Positions 44,652 through 55,823 of a DNA stretch of 64,000 nt are shown piece after piece. The DNA is from Schmidtea nova (lineage: Eukaryota), in NCBI GenBank assembly GCA_044892505.1, contig CM097882.1, forward strand, positions 487,754,001 through 487,818,000, given 5' to 3'. A model generated the notes under the pieces. It did not search any database, had not been told where the DNA came from, and worked only from the letters and a program-made list of their open reading frames with translations. Numbering within the stretch: the first letter of the stretch is position 1; every line of letters begins with the position of its first letter. Position numbers and translations under genes: made by a program.

Positions 44652-45465
44652 GAGGCCAATGAGCCATATTGAATGACCTAGCTATGCATTATTGTGAGAT
44701 ATTAAATTGAGGCGAATAGAGCCATTCGAGAGATTAAATTGAGGCCAAAAGAGCCATAGAGAATTATAGAGATATCCGGATATATAGCAACGGAGGGAAT
44801 ATAGGCCCAGGGTTGCAGGAGATTAAATTGAACGGAAATAGTAACGGAGGGAATATAGGCCCAAGGTTACCATGATTTAAATAGCAACAGAGGGAATATA
44901 GGCCCATAGTTGTGATCGTCGACGAGATTTAGAGTAGTGCGCACTAGTAGTGAGAAATGCGAGTAAAGCTGATTATGCAACCTGAAGTAAAGCATGCAAG
45001 GAGAATAAGAAAAATTGGAGCTGACCGGAGAAACCGGCAGAATAAGTAAAACGATAGCTAGCAACGAATAATGAATAGAGATGATAAAATAATAATAAGT
45101 GAGTCAGAAAGACTAAGGGAATTAGAGCGCTCGAGCGACCAATGAATTGGGAAACGGTGGGAAAAGTAATTGATTTATAAAAATATAGATAATTATTACG
45201 ACATAAATAGATAATTATGACCAGTTTATAGATAATTTAAATAGACTAAAAATAATGGGGAATCTGGGAAGGGGGGAAATAATTAAAACCCCGCAATAAG
45301 TAATCCCGAAAGAAAGGGAATAAAAGCGCGACGATAACAATAATGTATCGTTGAGGACATTTGTATTTTAGACATACGAATCAATCAAATCAATCAACCA
45401 AGCAAGAAGAATCAGAACACGGTAATAGATAGGACAGGAAAATTGAGTATATAAAGGTAATCCCG

Positions 45466-47281
45466 TTGAGAAAAGGAGCAAAGAGTGTCGCAATAAAGCC
45501 AACAGAAAAGAAGAAAGTCGGCAGTGATATTAACAAACAAGACCAAACTAGTATTATAACAAAACCAGCAAAAAAGAAGAAAGCCGGCAAAGATAACAAC
45601 AAAAACCCACAAGGGAGTAAAGCGAGGAAGATAATAATAGATAAATCGATTATCGAAAACGATAAATTGTCAATAATAAGCAACAGTTCAAGCAACAAAG
45701 AAAACCAAGCGGAACCCAAAGAGAACCAAACAGGTGAAATTGAAATTGACGAAACCAACAACGATTATATCGAAGAAAGAGAACACGAAGTAGAACAAGA
45801 AACACCCAAGGAGAACCAAGGAAGTGAAATAGAAATCGACGAAACTAACAACGATAATATCGAAGAATTAGAAAACGAGGTAGAACAAGAAACAGAAATT
45901 GACGATAGTGATAACGATAGTAGAACATCAGATAACGAAGTAATAAAAGAAACAGAAAGCGAGCTAAGCTTGAGTGGAACAGAAGACGAACATAACAACG
46001 AACTAGAAGCAAGAGGAAACGAAAGTAAAATAACTATAGACAGTGGAATCGAAATGAGCGAACCAAGAGAAGAAATAAAGGATAAATTTTCAGGAGAACC
46101 GTTTAACGGAGATGCGAGCAAATTAGAAACTTTTTTAAAGGAATTTGGCATATTCGTGGAGGTATGCAAATAGAAATCCGAAACCCCAGTAAGCAGAATT
46201 CAGTTATTTGAAAGATAGTGCATTGGACCTATATTTGGAAGCGAAAAATGGCACCAATCCACCTGCAAGTTGGTCAGCGATAAAGGACTTTTTCCAACAA
46301 ACATTTGGAATAAATAAAGTGCTAAACGAGGCATTCATAGAATTTTCAATGAGAAAACAAAAGATGAACGAATCCAATGCGGTATACGCAAGCGAATTGA
46401 AAAAATTAGCAAAATCAGTATTCAAGGAAGAGAGTCCAATAATCGAGGAGCTAATGGCAGCCATCTTCATAGGAGGATTAAGAAAACCCGATATAAAAGC
46501 GCAAGTTGGATGTCAAGGGTGCAAAACCATAGATCAGGCATTAGAAACAGCTAACAGATTCGAATTACATATGATAGGAAGTGATGGCAGAATTTATTTA
46601 GCCATGGACACAGCGCAAAACGAACAAGAGGTGAATCTCAACAATCACATTCCAAATTCGCAGCAGTTAAACCGACCACCCCCTCAACGAAGGAACGAAG
46701 GGAACAAAGTACAGAACTTTGGAAACCAAAGCAATTATAACTCTCAAGGACAAACAAAACAATGTAAAACATGTGGAAAGTTGGGACACTGGCAACAAGA
46801 ATGCTATCAAAACTTGAATTGCGGAAAATGTGGGGTTAAAGGACACTCGGAGAGTAGATGTTACACGATAACCTGTTTTAATTGTGGGCGACCTGGTCAT
46901 TATTCAAGGAATTGCGGACAAAAAAGCAATCAACGAGGAAATTGGCAGAGTAATGGAAACCGACAAAATTACGGAAACCAAACAAATACCGTAAACCGAC
47001 AAGATTACGGAAACCAACAAAACAATAATAATAGTAATCAGAAAAAAACTACCACCAAAGAAATACATTTGATGCAAGAAGTCCAAAGATTGACGGAACT
47101 TATAAACAATGTGTCAATAGTAAATCCGCAAACCAATCAACAACAAATCAGCATGATGAGAAAAATAGAAAGCGAAAATGAACGATTGAATCGAGAAAGC
47201 CAGGCACGACACGCTCAGGAATGGGCAAGAATACAAAGAGAAGACGAAAAAAACAGCAAGAAAGAGAGCGACAACCTCTAA
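45466..47281 (+). pseudogene. gag: Gag of element 2 (acidic repeat leader, capsid region, three CCHC knuckles); one TAG at 46171 and a frameshift near 46205
   Basis: EPFNGDASKLETFLKEF...CK*K; RKQKMNESNAVY; IFIGGL; CKTCGKLGHWQQEC, CGKCGVKGHSESRC and CFNCGRPGHYSRNC. Confidence 0.88.
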
Positions 47282-47293
47282 GAATTAATATGA

Positions 47294-49957
47294 TGAGAGC
47301 AACAAATCAAGCAGAAGGTAAACATAACACTAGAAATAAAGGAGATAGAACCAAATATAAAAGGAGTATGCTGGAGGAAGTACGAAAAGGAAACAAATAA
47401 AAGAATGACACCACAATGCCGAACAAGCACAGGAGTAACGACGATACAAATAAAAGGTTTGGAAAGTAAACAAACTTACGAAATATGTCTGGTAAAGAAA
47501 AGCGATCAGATAACGATAAACGACCTAGAATGCGGGATATATACAACTTCATCCGGAACAAGAACCAAAACGTTAACACGGAAAAATAAAAGAAGACAAC
47601 GAAACAAAGGAAAACCGAGGTATACCACTACCCTTAAAAACGATAAACAACCGACAAACCAAGAAGTTAGGACAAAAACCGAGAAAAAGATATCAGCAAC
47701 CCTGATACTGTGGAAGCTAGAGAATAAAACATTAGAAATATGTTGGTCAATAACCCAGCAACAAACAGGAAAGCAACCAAGAGATTGCAGAAAAACAAAT
47801 AAAGAAATCAAGATCGAAAACCTACAATTAAATAGCGAGTATGAAATATGTGCAATAGAAGAAACGGACGCACTAGGAAATCAACAAGAAAGTTGCGAAA
47901 CCTACTATACACCAGCAAACGCGACATCAAAAGGAATAACAAGGAAGCTCGAATTCAAGGAACTAAGCCAAACAACAGAACAAATGGATGCAGAAGAAAT
48001 AATAATAGACCCTCAGGCAAAATGGACACCCGAAGAAGTAATCAAGGAAGTCAAAAGAAAGCAAGGGGAGCGAGAACAATTAATGAATAAACTAAAGGGA
48101 TAATATGGAATAATGTTCAACCAAAGCAAATCTATACAAATAGACGGGAATAAACAAATTAAAGAATTAATTGGCTTAGGAGTATTAACAGCGACCATAC
48201 CGGTAATAATCGCGTTATTAACAATATGGATACGCAAGGTAAAACCAAGAAAATCGACAACCCAATGGCCAAAAATAGATAGTACAAGCCATGAAGTTGA
48301 AATACCAGAAGAGAAAAGACGAGAGGAACCCAAACTCACAAGAAATGAGAGAGATGCAAAAGTCGGAGAACTAAGAATGGATAAAGAAAACAAGGAAACC
48401 AAAGAGATTAAAGACAAATGCACAAACTACGAAAAGTGGACCAGAATCCTACCGCAGAGTTCAAAATGGCTAGGTCTAACAATGATGTTGATATTAATCA
48501 ACATGGAAGAAGCAACAAACTTGCAGGCAGGGATAAAAATAATAATTGTTCAGGAAGTCGAGAGAATATGTTGGAATCGAAAAGATGAACCAATTGCGAG
48601 AAACAACCCACTAAAATGCGTAATCAGAAAACCCGTCCAGGATATGGTACGAATAGAAGGGATGGATAGAGGAACCATGTATCGGATATGTATAATAGAA
48701 AAGGAGAGAAAGCCGGTACTACCCAGGACAGTCGTATGTCAAAATTATGAAACGCCCAGACTTGAAAGATGGTATAAAGCAAAACCAACAAAGCAAGAGA
48801 GGAAAAACACAATAGACCAGCCAACAACCCAAAAGAAGGAAAATACAACGGACAGACCAAGAGAAGGGGAAAGAATCACGAACAACACGAGAAAAGGAAT
48901 ATCACCCCAAAAGGATTTGGTATGCGTAGCATTAATGATAGCAATGTCAAAACGTATCGACAAAGGAATAACACTAGAACAAATGGTTATGACAATAAGG
49001 AGAAAACGTCAAAGGAGCAACAGACTATGCTGGGGAAGATACAACGAACCAATGGAAGAATACCACATTAGGACAAGCGAAGGAATACGAACAAACCAGG
49101 AAATCGAAATACAGGAAATAGAAATGAACGAAGATGGAGAAATGTGTATATGGGAAAAAGAAATTCAAGAAGATAAACCAGGAATAGAGAATTGCAAGAC
49201 ATTCCAAAAAGGAGAGATTCTGAGATTCGATGAAGAAGGGTTAACAAAGGAACCAACAATTAAAACAGAAAGAACTCTGACATTAACAGGACTTGATCAG
49301 ACAGTGAAAGGAATATGTTGGACAAAACATAACCCAGAAGTAAAAGAAGATAACCTAACCCACTGTAAAGAAACAGGGAATAAGGAAAAAGTCGAATTAA
49401 GGAACATGGAAGTAAACGAGACATACACGATATGCACCTTTACAGGAAAAAGTTCAGAAGAACCAGAATGCGGATTATATCAGGTCTCGGAGAAGCTAAA
49501 TCAACAGATCAAACCAGGAAGCGGAGGAAACCGAACAACGGAAAATTACGCCAAACAAACACTAAACCACCATTGGTCTACACAAGAAGTAATGAACAAA
49601 GTCAAGAGTTAAGCGCAGAAGGAGAAGAAGCCGGAGGCTCAAACCCAAAATGAGATAAAAGTAAATCAGAATAAAATCAAAGAAACAAACATTGGAAAAA
49701 CAGTAATAGGATTGATTAGTATGGGAATATTAATAGCATGTGGAATACTGACAACAAGCATGATAGTATGTTGGAGATACAGGAGGAGAAATAAAGCAAC
49801 AGCCATATAATGGCCAGATATTAAAATTACGAATCAAAGAATAGAAATACCAGAAGAAATACAGAAAGAATTTCAAAGAAGAACGAAAGGTAAAGAATTC
49901 TGGAAACAAATAGAAGACGAAGAAAGATACAACGAAAGGATAGTAATGAATGTATAG
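47294..49957 (+). pseudogene. Repeated fibronectin-III-like modules with TM segments, in the Gag frame, interrupted only by stops
   Basis: Five units of (I/V/L)CW...I.I.(G/N)L...Y.IC...C..Y.T, plus TMs LIGLGVLTATIPVIIALLTIW and VIGLISMGILIACGILTTSMIVCW. Stops at 48101, 49610 and 49808. Confidence 0.6.
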
Positions 49958-50079
49958 GGGCGGATTATGACTGTAAATAATAGTGTAAATAACAAAGCAT
50001 TACCGTAATAGTATGGGTATCGATATTATTAAATACATAAAGAGAAAACAAGAAAGTAACTAATGTATATAATTTAGAA

Positions 50080-50436
50080 ATGAACGAGCAAGACGAAACA
50101 ACTGAAATAACTATGGCTATGAGATGGAAAGCGCAATGCGATTTACTGGTACGAACAGTCAACTCATTACAAAATCAATTAGCGGAAAGACAAATGTTAT
50201 TATCCGAGAGTTATAACAACTGTTTTAAACAATTACATCGAATAGAAGAACAACAAAGAGCAATAACTGAGCTCACCAGAGAAAATCAAACCATAAGCAA
50301 CATCAATCAAAGACAAGCGGTAGAAATAAACCATCTAACAAGAGGAGAAAGAGCAGAATCTGAAGAAGGATGGATGAGTTGGGTAATAAATATACTAAAC
50401 AACGAGGTGGAACCAGATTCGACGAATGAGCCATAG
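50080..50436 (+). CDS. Small coiled-coil protein (118 aa)
   Basis: Heptad-like Leu/Gln-rich ORF in the cargo orientation. Confidence 0.4.
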   Translation: MNEQDETTEITMAMRWKAQCDLLVRTVNSLQNQLAERQMLLSESYNNCFKQLHRIEEQQRAITELTRENQTISNINQRQAVEINHLTRGERAESEEGWMSWVINILNNEVEPDSTNEP

Positions 50437-50528
50437 ATAAATAAAGCGGAAAACTGTAAATATGTAAAAATAAACGACAAGAAAAATCAAAAATAAACGA
50501 CAAGTCGAATGTATATATTATTGTAGAA

Positions 50529-51384
50529 ATGGACAGAGAAGAACGAGTAGTCGAAATTTTGAGATCCGAAAACAGAAAATGGAGCATGAGGCTCACATGC
50601 GGAATTGTAACAATTTACTACGAAAACCAAAACAAACTATATGTGGATGCAGAATATGTACTAAATGTATACAAGAACTAGATGCAACAGGAATAACAAC
50701 ATGCCCAGAATGTAAAGGGGAAAGAATAATGTGGGACGAAACCAGATCAGATAAAGCAACACAGAGAGAGATTATGTGCACAATAACTGAATGTGTAAAT
50801 ACCCCTTGTACATGGCAAGGACAAATAAGCAATCTGGAAAATCATATGGAAAATTGCGATGAAACTAGAACCGAATGCGAGAAGTTTCAACAAACAAGAA
50901 TAAAGACGAGAAAAAAGACTTACCAATTGCGCCATACTTATGGAAAATAACAGATTTCAGAGACAAATTAGCAGATGCCCGAAATATGACGAAAACGGCA
51001 GTAATAAGCCCACCATTTTATTTATGGAAAAACGGGGTTAAGATAAGATTGAAACTATATCCAAATGGAGACGGAAGAGGACGAGGAACACATGTGTCAA
51101 TATTTTTCACACTATGTAAAGGGGAATACGGCGACCTAATAGAATGGCCCCTGAAAGTAGGAGTCATTATAAGAATCAGAAGTGTAATAAAACCGGTGGA
51201 AAAATTCTTTGAGACAGATAAACATGCGAGTACGAGCGAAAAACCAATAACAGAATGCGGATTAGCAGCGGGAGAACCGATGTTTATAGCGCAAGAAAAC
51301 TTGTGGCAACGACTACATGCGGACACTTTATACATAGAGATGGAAAGGAGCGAGAAAGCAGATAGAAAAGGATGGTTGGCGTAA
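50529..51384 (+). pseudogene. TRAF-family protein (RING, TRAF zinc finger, MATH/TRAF-C), intronless, two frameshifts
   Basis: LTCGI/CNNLLRKPKQTICGCRICTKC...CPEC; CVNTPCTWQG...LENHMENC; LWKITDF...SPPFY...YPNGDGRGRGTHVSIFF...EWP...AAGEPMF. Confidence 0.9.
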
Positions 51385-51499
51385 CAAAGGGAGTGATCAT
51401 GTAAATAAAATGTACAGAAACAATATGAAATAACAAATAATCAAAAATAATAAAAATAAACTGATTAAATATTCTTTTTATCTGTAATTATAGAAATAG

Positions 51500-52416
51500 G
51501 AAATATAGAAGTATGTTTACAAGAGATTACCATACACCAAGACGAAGCTATCAGCAATCACATGGAACAAATTGAGATATGGATCAATGCTTATTATCGG
51601 AAACAGGAGGAATTTGAAAGACAAGCCGAATTACTAAGAAAAGCAGAGAAAACAAATCAAAGAAGTCGAGAAAAAATAGAAGAAGTTTATAAATTGCTGA
51701 AACAACAAAATGAATAGTTCAAAGAAATGATGAAAGAGCGACGAGAGGACAGGGATAGACAGCAGATAAAAACAGATCACAAGATTCAGTCAATCACAGA
51801 ACAGGCAAGATACTGGAAAAAAGAGGCGAAAGAATCCTACAAGGAAGCAAGGGAGATAACAGAAAGGACGGCATACAGTGATGACTGGAAATTATATAAA
51901 GAAATTGACGAACTAAAAGAGGAGTTGGGACAGAAAATCAGTCAGGAGACCTCAAATAAAAAATGGAATAAAAAGAGGTAACAATTAATCCGGGAACAAG
52001 CCAAGAAAATTAAAGAACTAACTTATCAAGTGCAAAGAATGGGAGAAGACTTAGCTAACCAAGAACAACTAAAAAATATGCTGACCGGAATGTGGGAGCA
52101 CAAGGAGAATCTGAAAAGAGATATAAATGGGTATCAAGGAGTAATTACCCAGAAGAAAATAGAATTAAAAAGAACCAAAGAAAGACTAGAAGAAACGAAG
52201 CAGAGTTATGAAGAGAACATAACAAATTTGACAAAAGAAAACGAGGAACTGAGAAAGAAGTTAACAGAGAAACCGATACCAACAAAAGAAACAAGCATTA
52301 CAGCAGCAGTAACAGAAATGATGAAGAAGGAAGAGAGAGAAAAAATTAACAGAATTAGAAAAACAAATAGAAACCCTGACAGAGCAAGCGAACTACCTGG
52401 AATACTTACTAGATGA
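51500..52416 (+). pseudogene. Long coiled-coil ORF split by in-frame stops (51715, 51979)
   Basis: ORFs 51727 and 52030 share a frame, which also continues upstream; E/K/Q-rich heptads. Confidence 0.45.
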
Positions 52417-52629
52417 AGAAATCCAGATATCCCACACATACCGAGAGGAAGTCGAAATGTGAAGGAGCACGATAATATGGATGCCACTCCCCATAAACCA
52501 GGTGGAACACCAAGACGAAGGTTTTCAGGAACCTAACGAAACCCTTGTGTAAATGAGCAGAAACCAATTGTAAATAGAAGATGTAAAATAAAAGTGTCAA
52601 GCTGTATTGACCTATGTATAAAGGAAGAG

Positions 52630-53190
52630 ATGAGAAAGCTCGCAATAACACTCCTATGATTAATAACCATCACCCTACAGAGAGAAGATTTACAACTTAC
52701 AGAGAAACAGTTACGAGTCCTACCCGACAAAACCTACAAAATACTCAACAATCTAATCGGTGAAGTAATTCAAGAAATCAATGAGTTCCGACAGAAAATA
52801 CCCCATAATCAAGATCATCAAATCCAACAAATTCTCGATAACCAACAAATTAAAGTAAAAGAGATCAGAAAAATCCTGAAAGAAGGTAGAGAACCCATAA
52901 AAAGCCTATCCCAAGCAGAAATAGAATATCAAGAAAAATGGATTATAGCCATCATAATAATCCTATAAGTCAGCATAACTATAATCGCAATCACGATCCT
53001 GATTGCCTCTTACAGAATGAAAATCCTAAAGCAAAAGCAAGCAATCTTCAATCAAACATCAAGGCGAGATAACCGAGCTCAAAGACGAATAAGGAGCCAT
53101 CAAATCCAAACCCACTACGAGCTACAAACAATCAATGAGAGAAACCGAACCCAACCCAAAGCGAGCCAGATAATTGAACAAATTGTATAA
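52630..53190 (+). pseudogene. Type-I membrane protein (186 codons, stops at 52657 and 52966)
   Basis: Hand translation: MRKLAITLL*LITITLQ (signal)...WIIAIIIIL*VSITIIAITILIASY (TM) RMKILKQK tail. Confidence 0.6.
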
Positions 53191-54430
53191 AACATTATGA
53201 TATATATATTGAACTATTCGTGACAATCATTGTATTTTGACTATCTAACGACAATTTTTATGACATGTATAAATTCGATCACCTTATGTTATTTTCTTAA
53301 TGTGTATATTTCTATAACCTTTTTATGTATGATGATGTAAGTAATTATGTATAATTAATTGCGGGACGCAATTTTAGGGGTCCCCGAGTGATGTTGGGCC
53401 CGCCAAATAGGCTAAAAACGACCAAATTAATGTAACAATTTAAAATAATAATAAAATAATAAAACACAAAAATATCAATAAAGAAAAATTAAAAATAGAA
53501 ATAAAGTAGTAAATAATATTTAGTAAATTTCCAGCAAAAGGAAATTTTTAAATAAAACGGAAACAAACAGTAAAGGGGGTCTGAAATGAGGAAATTAGAA
53601 ATTAAACAAATTAATGGTGCAAGTAATTAATTAATTACTTGAAAACCCGGACCACCCAGCGAGAAACCGGAAAAGGAAATAAAATAATATTTAGATTAAA
53701 ATAAAATAGTAAAAACACTTTGATGGACGATCTGATCCTGATTGGTTAATCTGACCAGCCAGATCAGTATAAATACTGATCCGAAAATCATAACTTAACA
53801 TTTTACACTTTGTCTTTAAATTTTGTCGATACTTTACTCTTCGTGAAGTATTCTCTAAATATTAATCACAAGCTATCATTTGAACTTGAAGATATTATCT
53901 GGAAAATCAAAGAGTAAATCTTGTTTATTGTAAATTTTTTGTTTGTTGATAATATGTATCCTGATTTTATCATTACAATTTATTCGGATGAAAATTTTTC
54001 TCTTTATTATTTATAATCTTAATCATGCATATAGTCATGCTTCCTCGACTGCTCACGGTGCGAGGGAGCCCGAGTCGTCGTTGTGGGGCCTCACGGTCTC
54101 ACATGGCGGTTCAACCTTTTTATAAATTAATAAAACGTTTCGTATTTTAAATTGATTTAATCGACAAGTTTATGTTCAATAAATTATTATAATCTCGGTT
54201 GCACAGAGGACATGGCGCGAGGAACGATAAGAGAGACTTAGAGAGTTGCCTGAAAAGGGTGGGGCACCCCGGGGGTATTATGTACTCGACACCCAAGGAA
54301 GTAGCGTGATAGATTGATTTTTTAGCCCAAGAGATCAAGTGGGGTGAGCGAAAAACGAAAAGTTGTCGAGTAAAATCGATCTGAACGATAAATTTCATCG
54401 AAGGCCAAAGTTCAAATTCGTGTACATTAT

Positions 54431-54858
54431 CAACATTCACCAAGACGGAATAAAATTTAACTGAAAATTAGATGACATAACTACATGATTTTCATTCATC
54501 ATTAAAATTCATCGAGACGGAGAAAATTTTAGCTGAAAATTTAACGACATAACCACGCATGTAAAAATCAAAATTCCGATCACGCTAGACTGCGACGGTA
54601 ACCTAAATATAATTATAAATAAACTTATACCGATCGCTGTATACCAACATTCACCAAGACGGAATAAAATTTAACTGAAAATTAGATGACATGACTACAT
54701 GATTTTCATTCATCATTAAAATTCATCGAGATGGAGAAAATTTTAGCTGAAAATATAACGACATAACCACGCATGTAAAAATCAAAATTCCGATCACGCT
54801 AGACTGCGACGGAAATCTAAATATAATTATAAATAAACTTATAGCGATCGCTGTATAT
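54431..54858. repeat. 214-bp tandem duplication present only in the 3' LTR
   Basis: caacattcaccaagacgg starts at 54431 and again at 54645; single copy in the 5' LTR. Confidence 0.9.
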
Positions 54859-55173
54859 AGCGCGGCAATCTAAATCATTATTACCCTGAACGCTGTACAT
54901 AGCACAGGAAGAATTAAAAATATCTTACTCCGACCGTGGTACATCGCGGCGAAGACAAACTCGGTTTCGAACTCAAAATCAACTTGAATAAATAATAATA
55001 GTAAACATGTTAATGAAATGCAGAAATATTAGAATAGTTCACATTAATTTTGTTAGTGTCTAGATCACTGTATGAGTACGACGCATACCAGTCGTGGCAT
55101 AACTAAAATTATAAACGAATACTTTTAATAAATTATATTCATATTCATTTGACAAATTTTCGAAACAGTACAG

Positions 55174-55665
55174 ATGTCGGCAACGAGCATAAATCAGAGA
55201 CTAACAGAACTCAGAAATTCGGTGGATCCACCCAGGGAGAGGAAAACGAAAGGCATACTCAAGGAGCTCCCGCCTCAAATCCTGCGTACCATAAGCGCGC
55301 AAATGTATAAATGGCGCCAGGGATTCAATAGGAAGTGCCCTTTTTCCATTTAGGAAAATGGAGATCACATAATGTACCGAGGGGGCCCAGGCTGGCCAAT
55401 CTCCAATACAAGTTACTCGAGAAAATTCGGCCAACTACTAATCCGAAAAAATGGCGTGAACAAAGGATCCGACCAACTAATCTACTGGGGACACATTTTA
55501 CGAAAGGAGTTACGCAAAGTAGAGCTGCAGGCATTTATTCCACGGAAATCCTTCGGAAAGGAGTGCGCAGATAAACAACCCCGTTTTCGTGGGCCAGGCT
55601 TTGCAAAGCCCCGATTAATCAAGAGTTGCATATTTTATTTCGACGATAACAAGCGCTACCATTAA
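55174..55665 (+). pseudogene. LTR ORF-A copy in the 3' LTR (one TAG)
   Basis: In frame from ATG 55174, with the same SI* stop as the 5' copy. Confidence 0.7.
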
Positions 55666-55823
55666 ATATCAATAAATGTTTTTAGTAAATTATGGCTTGT
55701 TATATTTTCTGTGTTGTGTTCCTTTTCAAGTTTTCATAAGACGGTTTTTGTTGTTTAAATAACATATTACTATAAGAACGATAATAAATTTTTTTTAAAA
55801 TTTTTTTTTTCAGATTTGCAGAC

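Noticed and set aside
45390-52730. Many hydrophobic Phe/Leu/Ser-rich minus-strand ORFs
   Set aside because: Antisense products of the very A-rich plus-strand coding sequence.
47279-52968. Alternative genetic code (TAA/TAG read as Gln) to explain the stops in element 2
   Set aside because: Element 1 has 3298 codons without an in-frame TAA or TAG, and TGA stops also occur; ordinary point mutation explains the pattern.
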